Position numbers and translations under genes: made by a program. From Gordius albopunctatus (Eukaryota): a stretch of DNA of 64,000 nt. Shown piece after piece: positions 11,536-23,614 of this stretch (its first letter is position 1; each line of letters begins with the position of its first letter). The notes under the pieces were generated by a model. The model had not been told where the DNA came from and ran no database searches. It saw only the letters and a list, made by a program, of their open reading frames with translations. The stretch covers positions 1,364,001-1,428,000 of the forward strand of contig OZ193910.1 in NCBI GenBank assembly GCA_964276515.1, given 5' to 3'.

Positions 11536-12768
11536 ATGAACTATTCCACTAATAACTGCGTTGATTCTTCCCATATTTCTTTACCTATCCAAACTACTGT
11601 TACCAGATTTTATCATAGAGCCGCATTCATAATATTGATTTGCGGCATCATAGGGAATGGCATGGCAATCTTTGTCTTAGTCCCGCCAAAAAAACTGCGC
11701 AAAAAAAGAGGCGCTTCTAAGGGTAACACCACTATTTTAGTCAACAACTTCATACTCACGCTCTTTCACATCATGAGTCTCGTAGCCGTTTTAACGCTTA
11801 TAGTTATTCCAATCATAAAATTCTATAGCGATCAACGACGATACGGAGTGTGGATAAGTAAAAGTTGGGCTGTTTATTCAGGTGATGCCCATTATCCAAT
11901 AGCTAACGGTATAATCTCTTTCACTTTTCTACTCTATTTCGTTTATTATGCCAACCAAGTGTTAGCCGTGGCCTACCCTCACAAATACAAAAATTTGGTC
12001 ACGCACCGCAATTTTTACCTCGCCCTAGGAGCAATGGCTTTTTATTGCGTCGCTTGGTATATTCCTACATGGAAGTGGTTAGACGTTATACCTATACAAT
12101 TATGTCCCAAACTAGGCAAAGCGAAAGGTATGACGATATACATAACTAAAGAATGGCAGCCCAAGACAACAAAGATTTGGCGCCTATGGACTACCTACCA
12201 AATATTAAGAGAACTTTCGGTTAACATTCTACCTTTCATCAGTATCATTGTGTTTAAGCTAATTGTCCTAGTGAAACGTCAAAAGCACAAAAACATGATC
12301 AGTCCCACCGCATCGTTTAGAATTACAGCAGGTGATACTCAATTAAAATCGGTTCAAGCCCAGAGTCATCTCTCATGTATAAATTTTCTAGGGGCTTCTC
12401 AAGGAGTTTCGTCAGATATGTTCATTTCAAATATTGAAACCACTGTTAATTCCAGGCCGCGAAATAGTCAAGGAAGCCCATCTCTGAGACGATCGAATGA
12501 AGCTATACAACACAAAAAAACGTTGTTTATTTTAACATGTGAATTTTTACTTTTTATGCTACCATTTAATATATATCAAATTTTGATTGGTTTTGGTTAT
12601 CACTTATTAGACCCCGTTACTTCAAATGATATTTTCCAAATTTTATCCATGCTACGATTCATTAATTTAGCTTTCTCCTTTTACGTCAATTACATATTTA
12701 ATTCAATTTACCGCGAAAAAGTGAAAAAGCTGTGGACCAACTTCAATGAAGTTTACATAGAGAAATGA
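11536..12768 (+). CDS. Intronless class-A-like 7TM GPCR, copy 1 (FMRFamide-receptor-like/srw-type candidate chemoreceptor)
   Basis: 410-aa ORF with seven hydrophobic segments, N-terminal NYS sequon, TM1 GIIGN, post-TM3 xxxLAVxYP, TM6 FLLFMLP and TM7 INLAFSFYVNYIFNSIYR. Confidence 0.88.
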   Translation: MNYSTNNCVDSSHISLPIQTTVTRFYHRAAFIILICGIIGNGMAIFVLVPPKKLRKKRGASKGNTTILVNNFILTLFHIMSLVAVLTLIVIPIIKFYSDQRRYGVWISKSWAVYSGDAHYPIANGIISFTFLLYFVYYANQVLAVAYPHKYKNLVTHRNFYLALGAMAFYCVAWYIPTWKWLDVIPIQLCPKLGKAKGMTIYITKEWQPKTTKIWRLWTTYQILRELSVNILPFISIIVFKLIVLVKRQKHKNMISPTASFRITAGDTQLKSVQAQSHLSCINFLGASQGVSSDMFISNIETTVNSRPRNSQGSPSLRRSNEAIQHKKTLFILTCEFLLFMLPFNIYQILIGFGYHLLDPVTSNDIFQILSMLRFINLAFSFYVNYIFNSIYREKVKKLWTNFNEVYIEK

Positions 12769-13645
12769 CCAATCTTCCATTATTATTTATATATTTCTAA
12801 TTTTTTATAGCCTTATTATTGTCGCTTGTTAAAATCTTATTGTCTTTTAATGACTCTGGTGCCAAGAAACTTGTTAAACCCGTTGATTAGTCATTAGATT
12901 CATTGTGACACTTGTGTGGGAAAGACATGTAAGTTTTCATTGAATTAAGAGTCCCTACAATTTTTAGTGCACTTTATGCAACTGATAAATTTAGACATAC
13001 AGGGGAAACCTTTATGGATATGTAAAAATTAAGGGGTTGTGATATAAAAGGATACATGAAGATGAAGGTGACTTAAGCCGCTGAAAGTGTTTTTAAGCGG
13101 ACTTTACAAAATTTAATTTGGAGGGGATTGTGAAATTATGAGGGAGAGAGGTAGAGCTGTTAAGTAACTAGCTACATGTAATTAGTTCCTTTTTTATAAA
13201 GTAACTTTAATTACAGTTAAATGTAGTTATTAAATTATTTAGTAGGGGTTCAATAAAGATATAGTTAGTTTCTATAAATTTAAAAATTCTTAATTAATTT
13301 GAATATCATAGTTACTTGACGGTATGCTTAAAATTTAGATTTCTAATAATTAAATTTTTTCTTGCAATTAATCATTTTAAATCCTTATTTGTACAAAAAT
13401 AGGGGTCAAGATTAATGGGATAGGGGTAAGTGTGAGTCATTAATCCTCATAAAAACAATTCAAAACACAAAAAATTCGTTTTATATTTTAATCTGCTGTT
13501 ATTTGGAAGAGAAATAGACTATGATTATACCTTAAAATGCTATTAAAAACCCTTTCCATACTAGAGTCCATCTTTTATAAGACAATAGTCAGGTTATCAT
13601 CTTGACCCTTTTTATATTTGTAATAGGGAAAATATAAACACTAAC

Positions 13646-13940
13646 TAACCCCGCGTTCGCGATGACCCGCGAAGCGAAAATAAGCGAAGTGAATTTTTGT
13701 TCTAATTTATCATACTTTTCATTATTTTTCTTAATATTTTATATTCATCGTGAATTTTATCATACATCACGAAAATGACAATTGTAAATATGAGGTGTTC
13801 ATCGTGAAACCGCAGACGATTATTTTCGCCCGCGGCAAAAAGTGAACGAAAATAAGATACAAATCATTTTGTACTTTTCGCGCAATGGTTAAAAAATTGA
13901 ATTTGGTAATTGGTATGTTATGTATGTATAAAATGTGTTT
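13646..13940. repeat. Dispersed repeat end, unclassified DNA-transposon-like
   Basis: CGCGTTCGCGATGACCCGCGAAGCGAAAATAAGCGAAGTGAATTTTTG recurs in inverted orientation at ~34350-34460. Confidence 0.55.
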
Positions 13941-13944
13941 TCGG

Positions 13945-15435
13945 ACCACTGCGAAATCAAGACCTATGAATATGACCCAGAGTTAGAAGTGACAATGGAA
14001 GAGGTTGACCAGGTGCTTAAAAAGATGACCATGGGTAGAGCGGTGGGACCTGATAATATACCTATGGAAGCTTTTAAAATGCTAGGACCCTTAGGTGTAC
14101 ATCTACTTGCAAAGCTGTTTAACAAAATACTTGCAAGTGGTATGATACCTGATGAGTGGAGGGAAAGCTATGTTATACCTATCTATAAATTGAAGGGAGA
14201 TGTACAAGAATGCAAATATTATCGAGGGATAAAGTTAACGAGTCACGTAATGAAGGCGTGGGAAAAGGTTATAGAAGCTAGACTCCGAAATCTAATATCA
14301 ATAGATGAACGACAATTTGGGTTCTTGCCTGGAAAGTCGACTTCAGATGCAATACATGGTCTTAGTAGACTTATGGAAGTATATAAGGAAAAACAAAAGG
14401 ATCGTCATATGTGTTTCATCGATATTGAGAAAGCTTTCGATAAAATGCCAAGGCAGTTGATATGGGATAGCCTGAGTTCCAATGGTGTACCCGAGGCTTA
14501 TATAATGTTAATAAAGGATATGTATAGAAACGCAAAAGCCAAAGTACGGAAATCCAGTGGTACATCAAAGGGATTCAGTCTAAATGTCGGTTTGCATCAA
14601 GGATCGGCCCTAAATTCATTGCTCTTCATAACAATAAGAGATTCGATAACGAAGAACCTGAAACGCGAATCCCCTTGGGCAATGCTCTTTGTGGATGATA
14701 TCGTCCTGTGCGCAGCCTCAAACGTGAAATTAGCAGAGCAGGTAAAAGTGTGGATGGAACGAATTGAAAGCAAAGGCTTTAGGGTCAACCGAGATAAAAC
14801 TGAATATGTTTGCTTGGAGTCGGGGAATGAATACAAATGAACACACCTGCAAATCGATGACTGGTGTTTAAGCAGCAGGAAAAATTTAATGTGGAAAACG
14901 AAATTAAGGCAAGAATAAACGCAGGCTGGCTAAAATTCAGGGAGTTGAGTAGTGTCCTATGTGATAAGCACATACCACTTAAATTGAAAGAACGGTTATA
15001 TAACACGGTTATTGTACCCACGGTATTGTATAGAGCTGAAACTTGGGCAATTAGGGCAAAAGAGGAGCAAAGCTTGGCTACAATGGAGATGCGAATGTTA
15101 AGATGGATCTTGGGAATAAGCAAAAAGGACCATATAAGGAATCAAGACATAATGAATAAACTAAATGTAGTTCCAATTCAGAGAAAGTTGGTGGTAAGAA
15201 GATTGAGATGGTATGGCCATTTGGAGAGACGGGAGGAAAGTCACTTAGCAAATCGTATCAAGAAAGTGCAAGTAGAAGGTAAGCGAAAGAGAGGGAGACC
15301 TAGACTGACATGGAAGCATAAAATAGATATGGACATGAGAAGGTACGAGCTAAAGCGAAGCTGGTGTAAGTGTAGGAATCTACATGGAGAACCTACTTGA
15401 AGGAGCTGACCACTAAATAAGACTAACAGCTATAG
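13945..15435 (+). mobile_element. 5'-truncated, decayed RTE-clade LINE
   Basis: RT motifs AVGPDNIP, PIYKLKGD..C..YRGIKL, FIDIEKAFD, GLHQGSAL, LFVDD; RTE C-terminus RRLRWYGHLERR..RKRGRPRLTW; internal deletion/frameshift near 14850. Confidence 0.9.
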
Positions 15436-15459
15436 GGAAAAAATGTATTTATTTTTTAT

Positions 15460-15640
15460 ATTAATTGCTATGCAATTTATGAGCTCACTTTTTATTGTCC
15501 GTCCGTCCATCCGTTGTCCGTCTGTGACAATTTTTTTTTGTTTTAATTAAATTAATATTTTTTTCTTGTTAAAACAATTAATAATATGACTTTCTGACCG
15601 TGTCCTGGCTACTGACCAATGAAAAAATGACCATTGGCCT
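15460..15640 (+). mobile_element. DINE-1/HINE-like element, 5' fragment
   Basis: TTAATTGCTATGCAATTTATGAG, GTCC repeats and the family's repeat unit. Confidence 0.68.
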
Positions 15641-16200
15641 GATTGTTTTTAAGTTAAGGCTAAAATTTCAAAATGCTCCTCCCAAAATTATTATTGCCCC
15701 CCTGATGATCTTGTTCACTCGGTTTTGATGTTGCTTATCAACTGAGATTGTCTCCTTTGCCGCATTATCACATGCGAACGGGTTTCATAAATTGGAAAAA
15801 TCTTTCATAAATTTATTTTAAAAAATTAGATAGCTCTCTCCTAATATAGATACCGGAATAAATGAGGACAAGTCTACCCAAAAAGGCCTAATTTTAGTGG
15901 GTCATTTTATTGAATTTGCAATACCAAAATTAATAAAAAATTTGTCATATTATATTAAGCTATTTGTCACTACTTTTATTATTAATTATTATTTTTTCTA
16001 TATTCTCATTGCCGTGGTGCAAATCTAATGATAACTTTATAGCGCCAGATAACTCCTTTTTTTAAACGATATAAACGATGCACAAATAAAAATAAAACGC
16101 TTTTATTAGCCTTACACATTCAATGTTTAGATCAATGAGCTACATTTTCTTTTCTTTTCATGTGCCTATATCCTCTAACATCACAACGCTCAGTAAATAG

Positions 16201-17537
16201 TAGTGGTGGGAAAACGCTTAGCACTAGCGCGCTTAGCACCTCCCCGCTGATGGGAATAGCCTATTAAATACGCTATGTCTACTAGCACATAGTCACTTTA
16301 AGTGCTATAAGCTATAGGAGATGGGAGGTTTGAGGTGCTAGAGCTATGGGAGATGGGAGGTTTGAGGTGCTATGAGCTATAGGAGATGGGAGGTTTGAGG
16401 TGCTAAAAGCTATAGGAGATGGGAGGTTTGAGGCGCTATGTGCTATAGGAGATGGGAGTTTGAGGTGCTATGTGCTATAGCCGATTGCACTTAAATGCGC
16501 TACTCCTATAGCACCGGCGCTAACACTGGGAATAATTTCAATGAAAACAATAGAGTATAATATGAACTTGTGTGTAATCTAATAAACAATTTTCCATTAA
16601 AAATATATTGTTCGAAAAAACAAAATTAAAAAAGGGTGTTATTTAACTGCTAAGTAAATAATTACAAACAGACTGTCTGAGTCTGAGTACGCAAACGCAT
16701 AAAAGTTCACTCAATAGTATTGTTTTCCTTTTAATTGAAACATATTAACTTAAGGAAAGGGGGAGTTTAATTTTTTTATTCTCAAAAACATGGGCGTAGG
16801 GTAACTAGGTTTTGAATTAAGGGGGGGGCAAACGGTTAAAATAAAAGTTGAATTAGGGAGGGGCTAAATAAAAAAAATTATTAATTTGTAAGGGTTTTTT
16901 TACATTTAAAAAATTTTTTTTTCCGTCATTCAGAGGGGGGCGGGGCGACTTATTGATAAAATACATGTAGAAGCAATGCAAAATAAAATTAAAGTCATAC
17001 ATTTAAAATTAAATTTATATTAAAATAAGTCGTAGTTAGATGGTAAGATAAGGCAAAAAAATTATATTCAGATGTATTTTAATATTTAATAAAAACAAAA
17101 TAAACAATTAAAAAAATTATTCCCAGTGTTAGCGCCGGTGCTATAGGAGTAGCGCATTTAAGTGCAATCGGCTATAGCACATAGCACCTCAAACTCCCAT
17201 CTCCTATAGCACATAGCACCTCAAACTCCCATCTCCTATAGCACATAGCACCTCAAACCTCCCATCTCCTATAGCACATAGCACCTCAAACTCCCATCTC
17301 CTATAGCACATAGCACCTCAAACTCCCATCTCCTATAGCACATAGCACCTCATACCTCCCATCTCCTATAGCACATAGCACCTCAAACTCCCATCTCCTA
17401 TAGCTTATAGCACCTCAAACCTCCCATCTCCTATAGCTTATAGCACCTCAAACCTCCCATCTCCTATAGCTTATAGCACTTAAAGTGACTATGTGCTATA
17501 GCTTTAGCTCCTTAAAAACGTTATTTCCCCATCACTA
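16201..17537. mobile_element. Non-autonomous hAT-type foldback element with inverted minisatellite arms
   Basis: Termini TAGTGGTGGG...CCCATCACTA; 8-bp TSD GTAAATAG (16193-16200, 17538-17545); 31-32-bp unit GCTATAGGAGATGGGAGGTTTGAGGTGCTAT about 5 times on the left and about 9-10 times inverted on the right. Confidence 0.88.
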
Positions 17538-17726
17538 GTAAATAGAGCGAAAAAACTTACTCCTTAACCCCTCCCTCCCTCCCTCCCTCCCTCCAAAACG
17601 TATTAATTATAGCGTAAATATTATCCGCGAGTTCCTATCGACAACCCAATAATAGCCGTTATGTTGTGGTGACCTTGATAATTTATAAAAAAACAACCAA
17701 TCCCTCCACTCCCTCTCTCCCCTTTA

Positions 17727-19130
17727 TTAATTGCTATTCAATTTATGGGCTCACTTTCCATTTTACGAAGTAACGCACCGAACGTGTCACGCACCAAGCG
17801 TGTAACGCGACCCCATATACACACGCTTAACGCTTTTGCCTCTCTAGATATGGGGTTCGATACCCGGAGCGGAGCGGCCAAAATTTTTTTTATTTTAAAT
17901 TAAATTAATTATTGTTCCAGGTAATACCATTGATAATATGGCTTTTTGGCCGTCCGTTGGCTGCTGACCAATGAAAATGACCATTGGCCAAAGTGTGAAT
18001 CAAAAAATTTTTTTTCGTTTTTTTTGACTACAATTGATAATTACCCTATGCCCTCCCTTATAAAGACCTATGCCCCTACTAATATGGCTCCCTGTGCCCC
18101 CCCCCCTTACAAAGGCTTCTGTCTCTCCAGATTTGAGGTTCGAATCCCGGAGAGGCCAAAAAATTTAAAAAAATTTTTATTTTTTTTTAAATTAATATAT
18201 AGTTATTGTTGGTACCATTGATAATATGACTTTTTGGCGGTCCGCTGGGTGCTGACCAATGGAAAAAATGACCATTGGCCAAAGTGTGAAGCGAATTTTT
18301 TTTCGTTTGTTTGGCTAACATTAATTTATAGACCATCTGTTGGTACTGACCAATTGAAAAAAATTACCATTGGCCAAAGTGTACATCGCAGATTTTTCCC
18401 CTGTTTTTTTACTCTTATGATTGTTCCTGTTAATACCATTGATAATATGGGTTAATAGCCGTGCTATGCCTCTCCAGATGCGGGGTTCAAATCACGGAGA
18501 GGCCAAAAATTTTTTTATTTTTTTTTAAATTAATATATTACTCTTGTTACTACCATTGATAATATGACTTTTTGGCCGTCCGCTGGCTGTTGACCAATGG
18601 AAATTGGCCAAAGTGTAAAGCGAAAATTTTTTTCCCTTGTTTTTTTTTGGCTCTTATGATTGTTCTTGTTAATACCATTGATAATATGGATTTTTGGCCG
18701 TCCGCTGGCTGCTGACCAATGGAAAAAATGACCATTGGCCAAAATGTGAATCGAAAATTTTTTTTCTCGTTTTTTTTTGACTCTTATGTATTTATAGACC
18801 GTCTCTGGGTACTGACCAATTGAAAAAATGACCATTGGCCAAAATGTGATTCGAATTTTTTTTCTTTTTGTTTGACTCGTATGTATTTATAGACCGTCTC
18901 TTGGTGCTGAACAATAAAAAAATGACCATTGGCCAAATTGTGATTATAAATTTTTTTTCGTTTTTGAATTGGTTAACATTGATAATTACCCTAAGCCTCT
19001 ACTGATATGAGTCCCTGTGCCCCTACAAAAGCCCATGCCTCTACTAATGTGGGTTCGAATCCCGGAGAGGGTAAAATATTTATTTTTTTAAAATTAAATT
19101 AATATATTGTTCTTGTTAATACCTTTGATA
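17727..19130 (+). mobile_element. DINE-1/HINE-like element with expanded central tandem repeats
   Basis: subTIR at 17727 followed by many ~115-130-bp units containing CCATTGATAATATG, GGCCGTCCGCTGGCTGCTGACCAATG and ATGACCATTGGCCAAA, interspersed with GGTTCGAATCCCGGAGAGG. Confidence 0.75.
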
Positions 19131-20251
19131 GTATGCCTTTTTTTTGAATTATGTTTAAAATTTGAGGAATTATAAGAGTATAGAAAGTGGGGCCTTTTAC
19201 ATAACAATTCATATAAATTAATAGCGTTGTAAAAACGGCTGAATTTTGTTTGGTCGACCTTTAGTTTACCTAGGACTAACGGTAGACTCAAGTCTGATTT
19301 TCAAATTTCGACTAAGCCTAGCGATTGACTAAGGAAAATAGACCAAAGAATCTTTAATTTGTTTGTGTTTAGTCCACTAAAAACCATTAGTGCTAAGCAT
19401 TTATAAAAATCTTCACAAATAATATTTCATATTTATTGAAGGATGCAATATTTACAAATGGCAAATTTCATCGCCTATTATGTCCTTATCTATATATTAA
19501 ATTATACTCCACATAGAAAAAGTCCTCTATTTTTTAATGGTAGGAGATACTATAAATATTATTTTTTGAGTTTCATATTGAAAAAATATTGGCTTGGTAA
19601 TTGCCGATACTAGCAAAGTATCGATCGATACATTTGGCAAGGTATCGGTTTAGTTGTCACCTCTTGACGCTAAAACTGACTACTATTTCAGTCTATAGAA
19701 AACCAATATAAATAACATAGGCGCAGCTAAGGAGGAGGGGGTATTCCCCCTTGCCCCGTAACGTTATTTTTAATTACTCACCCTACGATGCAACTCTTGA
19801 ATACACACTTCCCCCAATAGCTTAAATTTAATTACTTGACCTTGGAAATTAATTATTTTGTACCAATAAACGAATTAGTAAGGATTGAGAAAGATGAACT
19901 GGTCGGTAAGTTATTCATTTTTTACATGTTCTTGTCAATATCCGATTGTTTTTAGTAAATATTAACAACTTGCTAATATTTGTTTTTTATACCAGATGTT
20001 AAAGGAATTATTATGGCAGTAGATAGCCCTACGAAGATTTTTAGTAGAAATCTTAATCGAAATTTGACCACAAAAAATGACCGCTAATGTTTGAGGTATT
20101 TAATTAAATTATTTCGATAGAGAATTATATAAGAACAAAATGCACCAAATTTGAGTGAATAATGCATTTATTGGCAATAATAGTAAAATTCATAAAACGC
20201 TCACGAACGTGATTTCGTCCCTTAAAACCGTGATGCAAAAATCGTCTCTTT

Positions 20252-21388
20252 TAATTGGTATTAAATTTATGGGCTCGCTGCCGTTCGTCCTCCAACGTTC
20301 TGACTTGCTGGTTTTTGAATTGGTATATTAGGTTAACATTGATAATTACCCTGTGCCCTCCGCTACAAGGACCTATGCCTCTACTGATATGGGTTTTGCT
20401 TCGGAATTAGTTAACATTGATATTTACCCTATGGCCGTCAGTCCAATTATTTTGCATCTAATACCCCCCTATAGACAATCTCCCCCTTCCCACCTTTGTC
20501 GCCCATAAATTGCATAGAAAATATGCTACTTTTATACAGAGTATAGAAGAGTTCCCCCTTCCCTTCCCCTCTTCCCTTCCCCCCTCCCCCTTCCCACGAG
20601 GGCCGAAGGTCCTAGTTTTATATATTTCGTTCAAAAAAAGACATATATATTTCATATATGGGATGATGTAAAAAGGAAAAGCATTTGTGTTAAATTGTTT
20701 GTCGTGCTTATAATAATATAGGCGCGGTAGAGTAAACCCCAAAATTAATTGATACTGCATATACCGATGGTATTGCTCATTATTTCAGGGCGCAAAATTC
20801 CGATTCATGGCAATCCTAAACTCCGCTACTACTCCACGTTCACACTTGCTGGTTCGATACCCGGAGAGGACAAATTTTTTTTTAATTGAATTAATATTTT
20901 GTTTTTGTTAATACCATTGATAATATGACTTTTTGGCCGTCCGCTGGCTGCTGACCAATGAAAAAAAATGACCATTGGACAAATTATAAATTGAATTTTT
21001 TTTTTGTTTTTGAATTGTTAAATTAGGTTAACATTGATAATTACCCTATACTCCCCCCCCCATAAGAGCCTATGCCTCTACTTATATGGGTCCCTTTGCC
21101 CCCCCCCCACCTAAAAAAGCCTATGCCTCTACGGATGTGGGTTTGAATCCCGGAGATGCCAAATTATTTTTAAAATTAAATGGAAAATTTATATTAATAA
21201 TTAACTAATCATTTTGCATCATTCTCGCCCATAGATTGCATAGCAAATATGGTATTTTTATATGGGGTATAGATGAGTCGTTCTCCCTTCCTTCCTGCAC
21301 CTCTCTCCCTAACTTCCCCCCCCCCCTTCCGTACCCCTCCTCCCCTTCCACCCTCCTCCTTCCCACGAGGGCCGAAGGCCCGAGTTTT
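20252..21388 (+). mobile_element. Two further DINE-1/HINE-like copies, each with a 3' end
   Basis: 3' subTIR CCCATAAATTGCATAG and terminal hairpin CCCACGAGGGCCGAAGG(T/C)CC at ~20593-20617 and ~21362-21388. Confidence 0.72.
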
Positions 21389-21858
21389 ATAATGTAATAA
21401 TGTGAATAACATCAATTAAGTAATGAATTAATGGGCTTCATTAATTGAGATTCACTGGATGAGTGATTAAAATATTAATTGATCTTTATTCGTTATTGAT
21501 TTTATATAATTCCAAGAGGAGTTGCATGCCATACTCCGATAAAAAAATGGTGAGTGCTCGTCCAATAAAAGTTTAATAATTATGCCTCAAGCTGAGTTGC
21601 ACTAGAAAAAGATTAGAATCATCCTTTTTCTGACTTAATCATGCTTATTAAAAAATTGGATAATGGTATCGTTAATATAAATCCCTTTGTGCACGTATAA
21701 ACGAGCAGATCTATTTAACAATACACACCAACGAGCAATTTAATTAATTAATGACAGGTTACATTTGGCAATAACATTGATTTATTATGCACTGTAATCT
21801 TATAAACAATCATCCCGATCAATTGTCTCGGGAGTGTTAAAATCATACCAAACTCCTC

Positions 21859-23091
21859 ATGAACTATTCCACTAATAACTGCGTTGATTCTTCCCATATT
21901 CCTTTACCTATCCAAACTACTGTTACCAGATTTTATCATAGAGTCGCATTCATAATATTGATTTGCGGCATCATAGGGAATGGCTTGGCAATCTTTGTCT
22001 TAGTCCCACCTAAAAAACTGCGCAAAAGAATAGGCGCTTCTAAAGGTAACACCACTATTTTAGTCAACAACTTCATACTAACACTCTTTCACATCATGAG
22101 TCTCATAGCCGTTTTAACGCTTATAGTTATTCCAATCATAAAATTCTATAGCGATCAACGACGATACGGAGTCTGGACGAGTAAAAGTTGGGCTATTTAC
22201 TCAGGTGATGCCCATTATCCAATAGCTAACGGTATAATCTCTTTCACTTTTCTACTCTATTTCGTTTATTATGCCAACCAAGTGTTAGCCGTTTTCTACC
22301 CTCACAAATACAAAAGTTTGGTCACGCATCGCAATTTATGCCTCGTCCTAGCAGCAATGGCTTTTTATTGCGTCGCTTGGTATATTCCTACATGGAAGTG
22401 GTTAGACGTTATACCTATACAATTGTGTCCCAAAGTAGGCGAAACGAAAGGTATGACCATATACATAACTAAAGAATGGCAGCCCAAGACAATAAATATT
22501 TTGCGCCTATGGAATACGTACCAAATATTAAGAGAACTTTCGGTTAACATTCTACCTTTCATCAGTATCTTAGTGTTTAAGCTAATTGTCCTAGTGAAAC
22601 GTCAAAAGCACAAAAACATGATCAGTCCCACCGCATCGTTTAGAATTACAGCAGGTGATACTCAATTAAAATCGGTTCAAGCCCAGAGTCATCTCTCATG
22701 TATAAATTTTCTAGGGGCTTCTCAAGGAGTTTCGTCAGATATGTTCATTTCAAATATTGAAACCACTGTTAATTCCAGGTCGGGAAATAGTCAAGGAAGC
22801 TCATCTCTGAGAAGATCGAATGAAGCTATACAACACAAAAAAACGTTGTTTATTTTAACATGCGAATTTTTACTTTTTATGCTACCATTTAATATATTTG
22901 AAGTTTTGAATGATTTTGTTTATCAATTATTAGACCCCGTTACTTTAAATGATATTTTCCAAATTTTATCCATGCTACGATTCATTAACTTAGCTTTCTC
23001 CTTTTACGTCAATTACATATTTAATTCAATTTACCGCGAAAAAGTGAACAAGCTGTGGACCAACTTCAATGAAGTTTACATAGAGAAATGA
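21859..23091 (+). CDS. Intronless class-A-like 7TM GPCR, copy 2
   Basis: 410-aa ORF collinear without indels with 11536-12768 (about 30 aa differences by eye); upstream (21389-21858) and downstream flanks are also duplicated. Confidence 0.88.
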   Translation: MNYSTNNCVDSSHIPLPIQTTVTRFYHRVAFIILICGIIGNGLAIFVLVPPKKLRKRIGASKGNTTILVNNFILTLFHIMSLIAVLTLIVIPIIKFYSDQRRYGVWTSKSWAIYSGDAHYPIANGIISFTFLLYFVYYANQVLAVFYPHKYKSLVTHRNLCLVLAAMAFYCVAWYIPTWKWLDVIPIQLCPKVGETKGMTIYITKEWQPKTINILRLWNTYQILRELSVNILPFISILVFKLIVLVKRQKHKNMISPTASFRITAGDTQLKSVQAQSHLSCINFLGASQGVSSDMFISNIETTVNSRSGNSQGSSSLRRSNEAIQHKKTLFILTCEFLLFMLPFNIFEVLNDFVYQLLDPVTLNDIFQILSMLRFINLAFSFYVNYIFNSIYREKVNKLWTNFNEVYIEK

Positions 23092-23614
23092 CCAATCTTC
23101 AATTATTTATTTATATATTTCTAATTTTTTATAGCCTTATTATTATTGTCGCATGTTAAACTCTTATTGTCTTTTAATGACTCTGGTGCCAAGAAACTTG
23201 TTAAACCCGTTGATTAGTCATTAGATTCATTGTGACACTTGTGTGGGAAAGACATGTAAGTTTTCATTGAATTAAGAGTCCCTACAATTTTTAGTGCACT
23301 TTATGCAACTGATAAATTTAGACATACAGGGGGAAACCTTTATGGATATGTAAAAATTAAGGGGTTGTGTTATATAAGGATACATGAAGGTGATTTTTGT
23401 GTTTGCGTATTACTATGTAGTCTTATAATGTTTGCACTTTATTATAATTATCCAATATCTTCACAATATATAATTTAAGGATAAATTTCTATTTCCTATC
23501 TATATTCAATACATTGTATGTCTTTATACATTGAAGCTGACCTCGATATTTAATTTATAGTTTTCTTTTTACCTCAACCGAGCCAGAAATACCTTGTAGT
23601 GGTTGTTGAGCTTG
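22819..23614 (+). repeat. 796-bp direct repeat, left copy (putative giant TSD)
   Basis: Matches 27308-28103 at a constant offset of 4489, with no mismatch seen by eye. Confidence 0.92.

Noticed and set aside
16311..17480. CRISPR-like regular repeats
   Set aside because: Head-to-tail minisatellite with no unique spacers, no cas genes, a eukaryotic context, and enclosed by TIRs and a TSD.
17846..19070. tRNA genes suggested by GGTTCGAATCCC motifs
   Set aside because: No acceptor, D or anticodon stems can be folded; the motifs are part of DINE-like repeat units.
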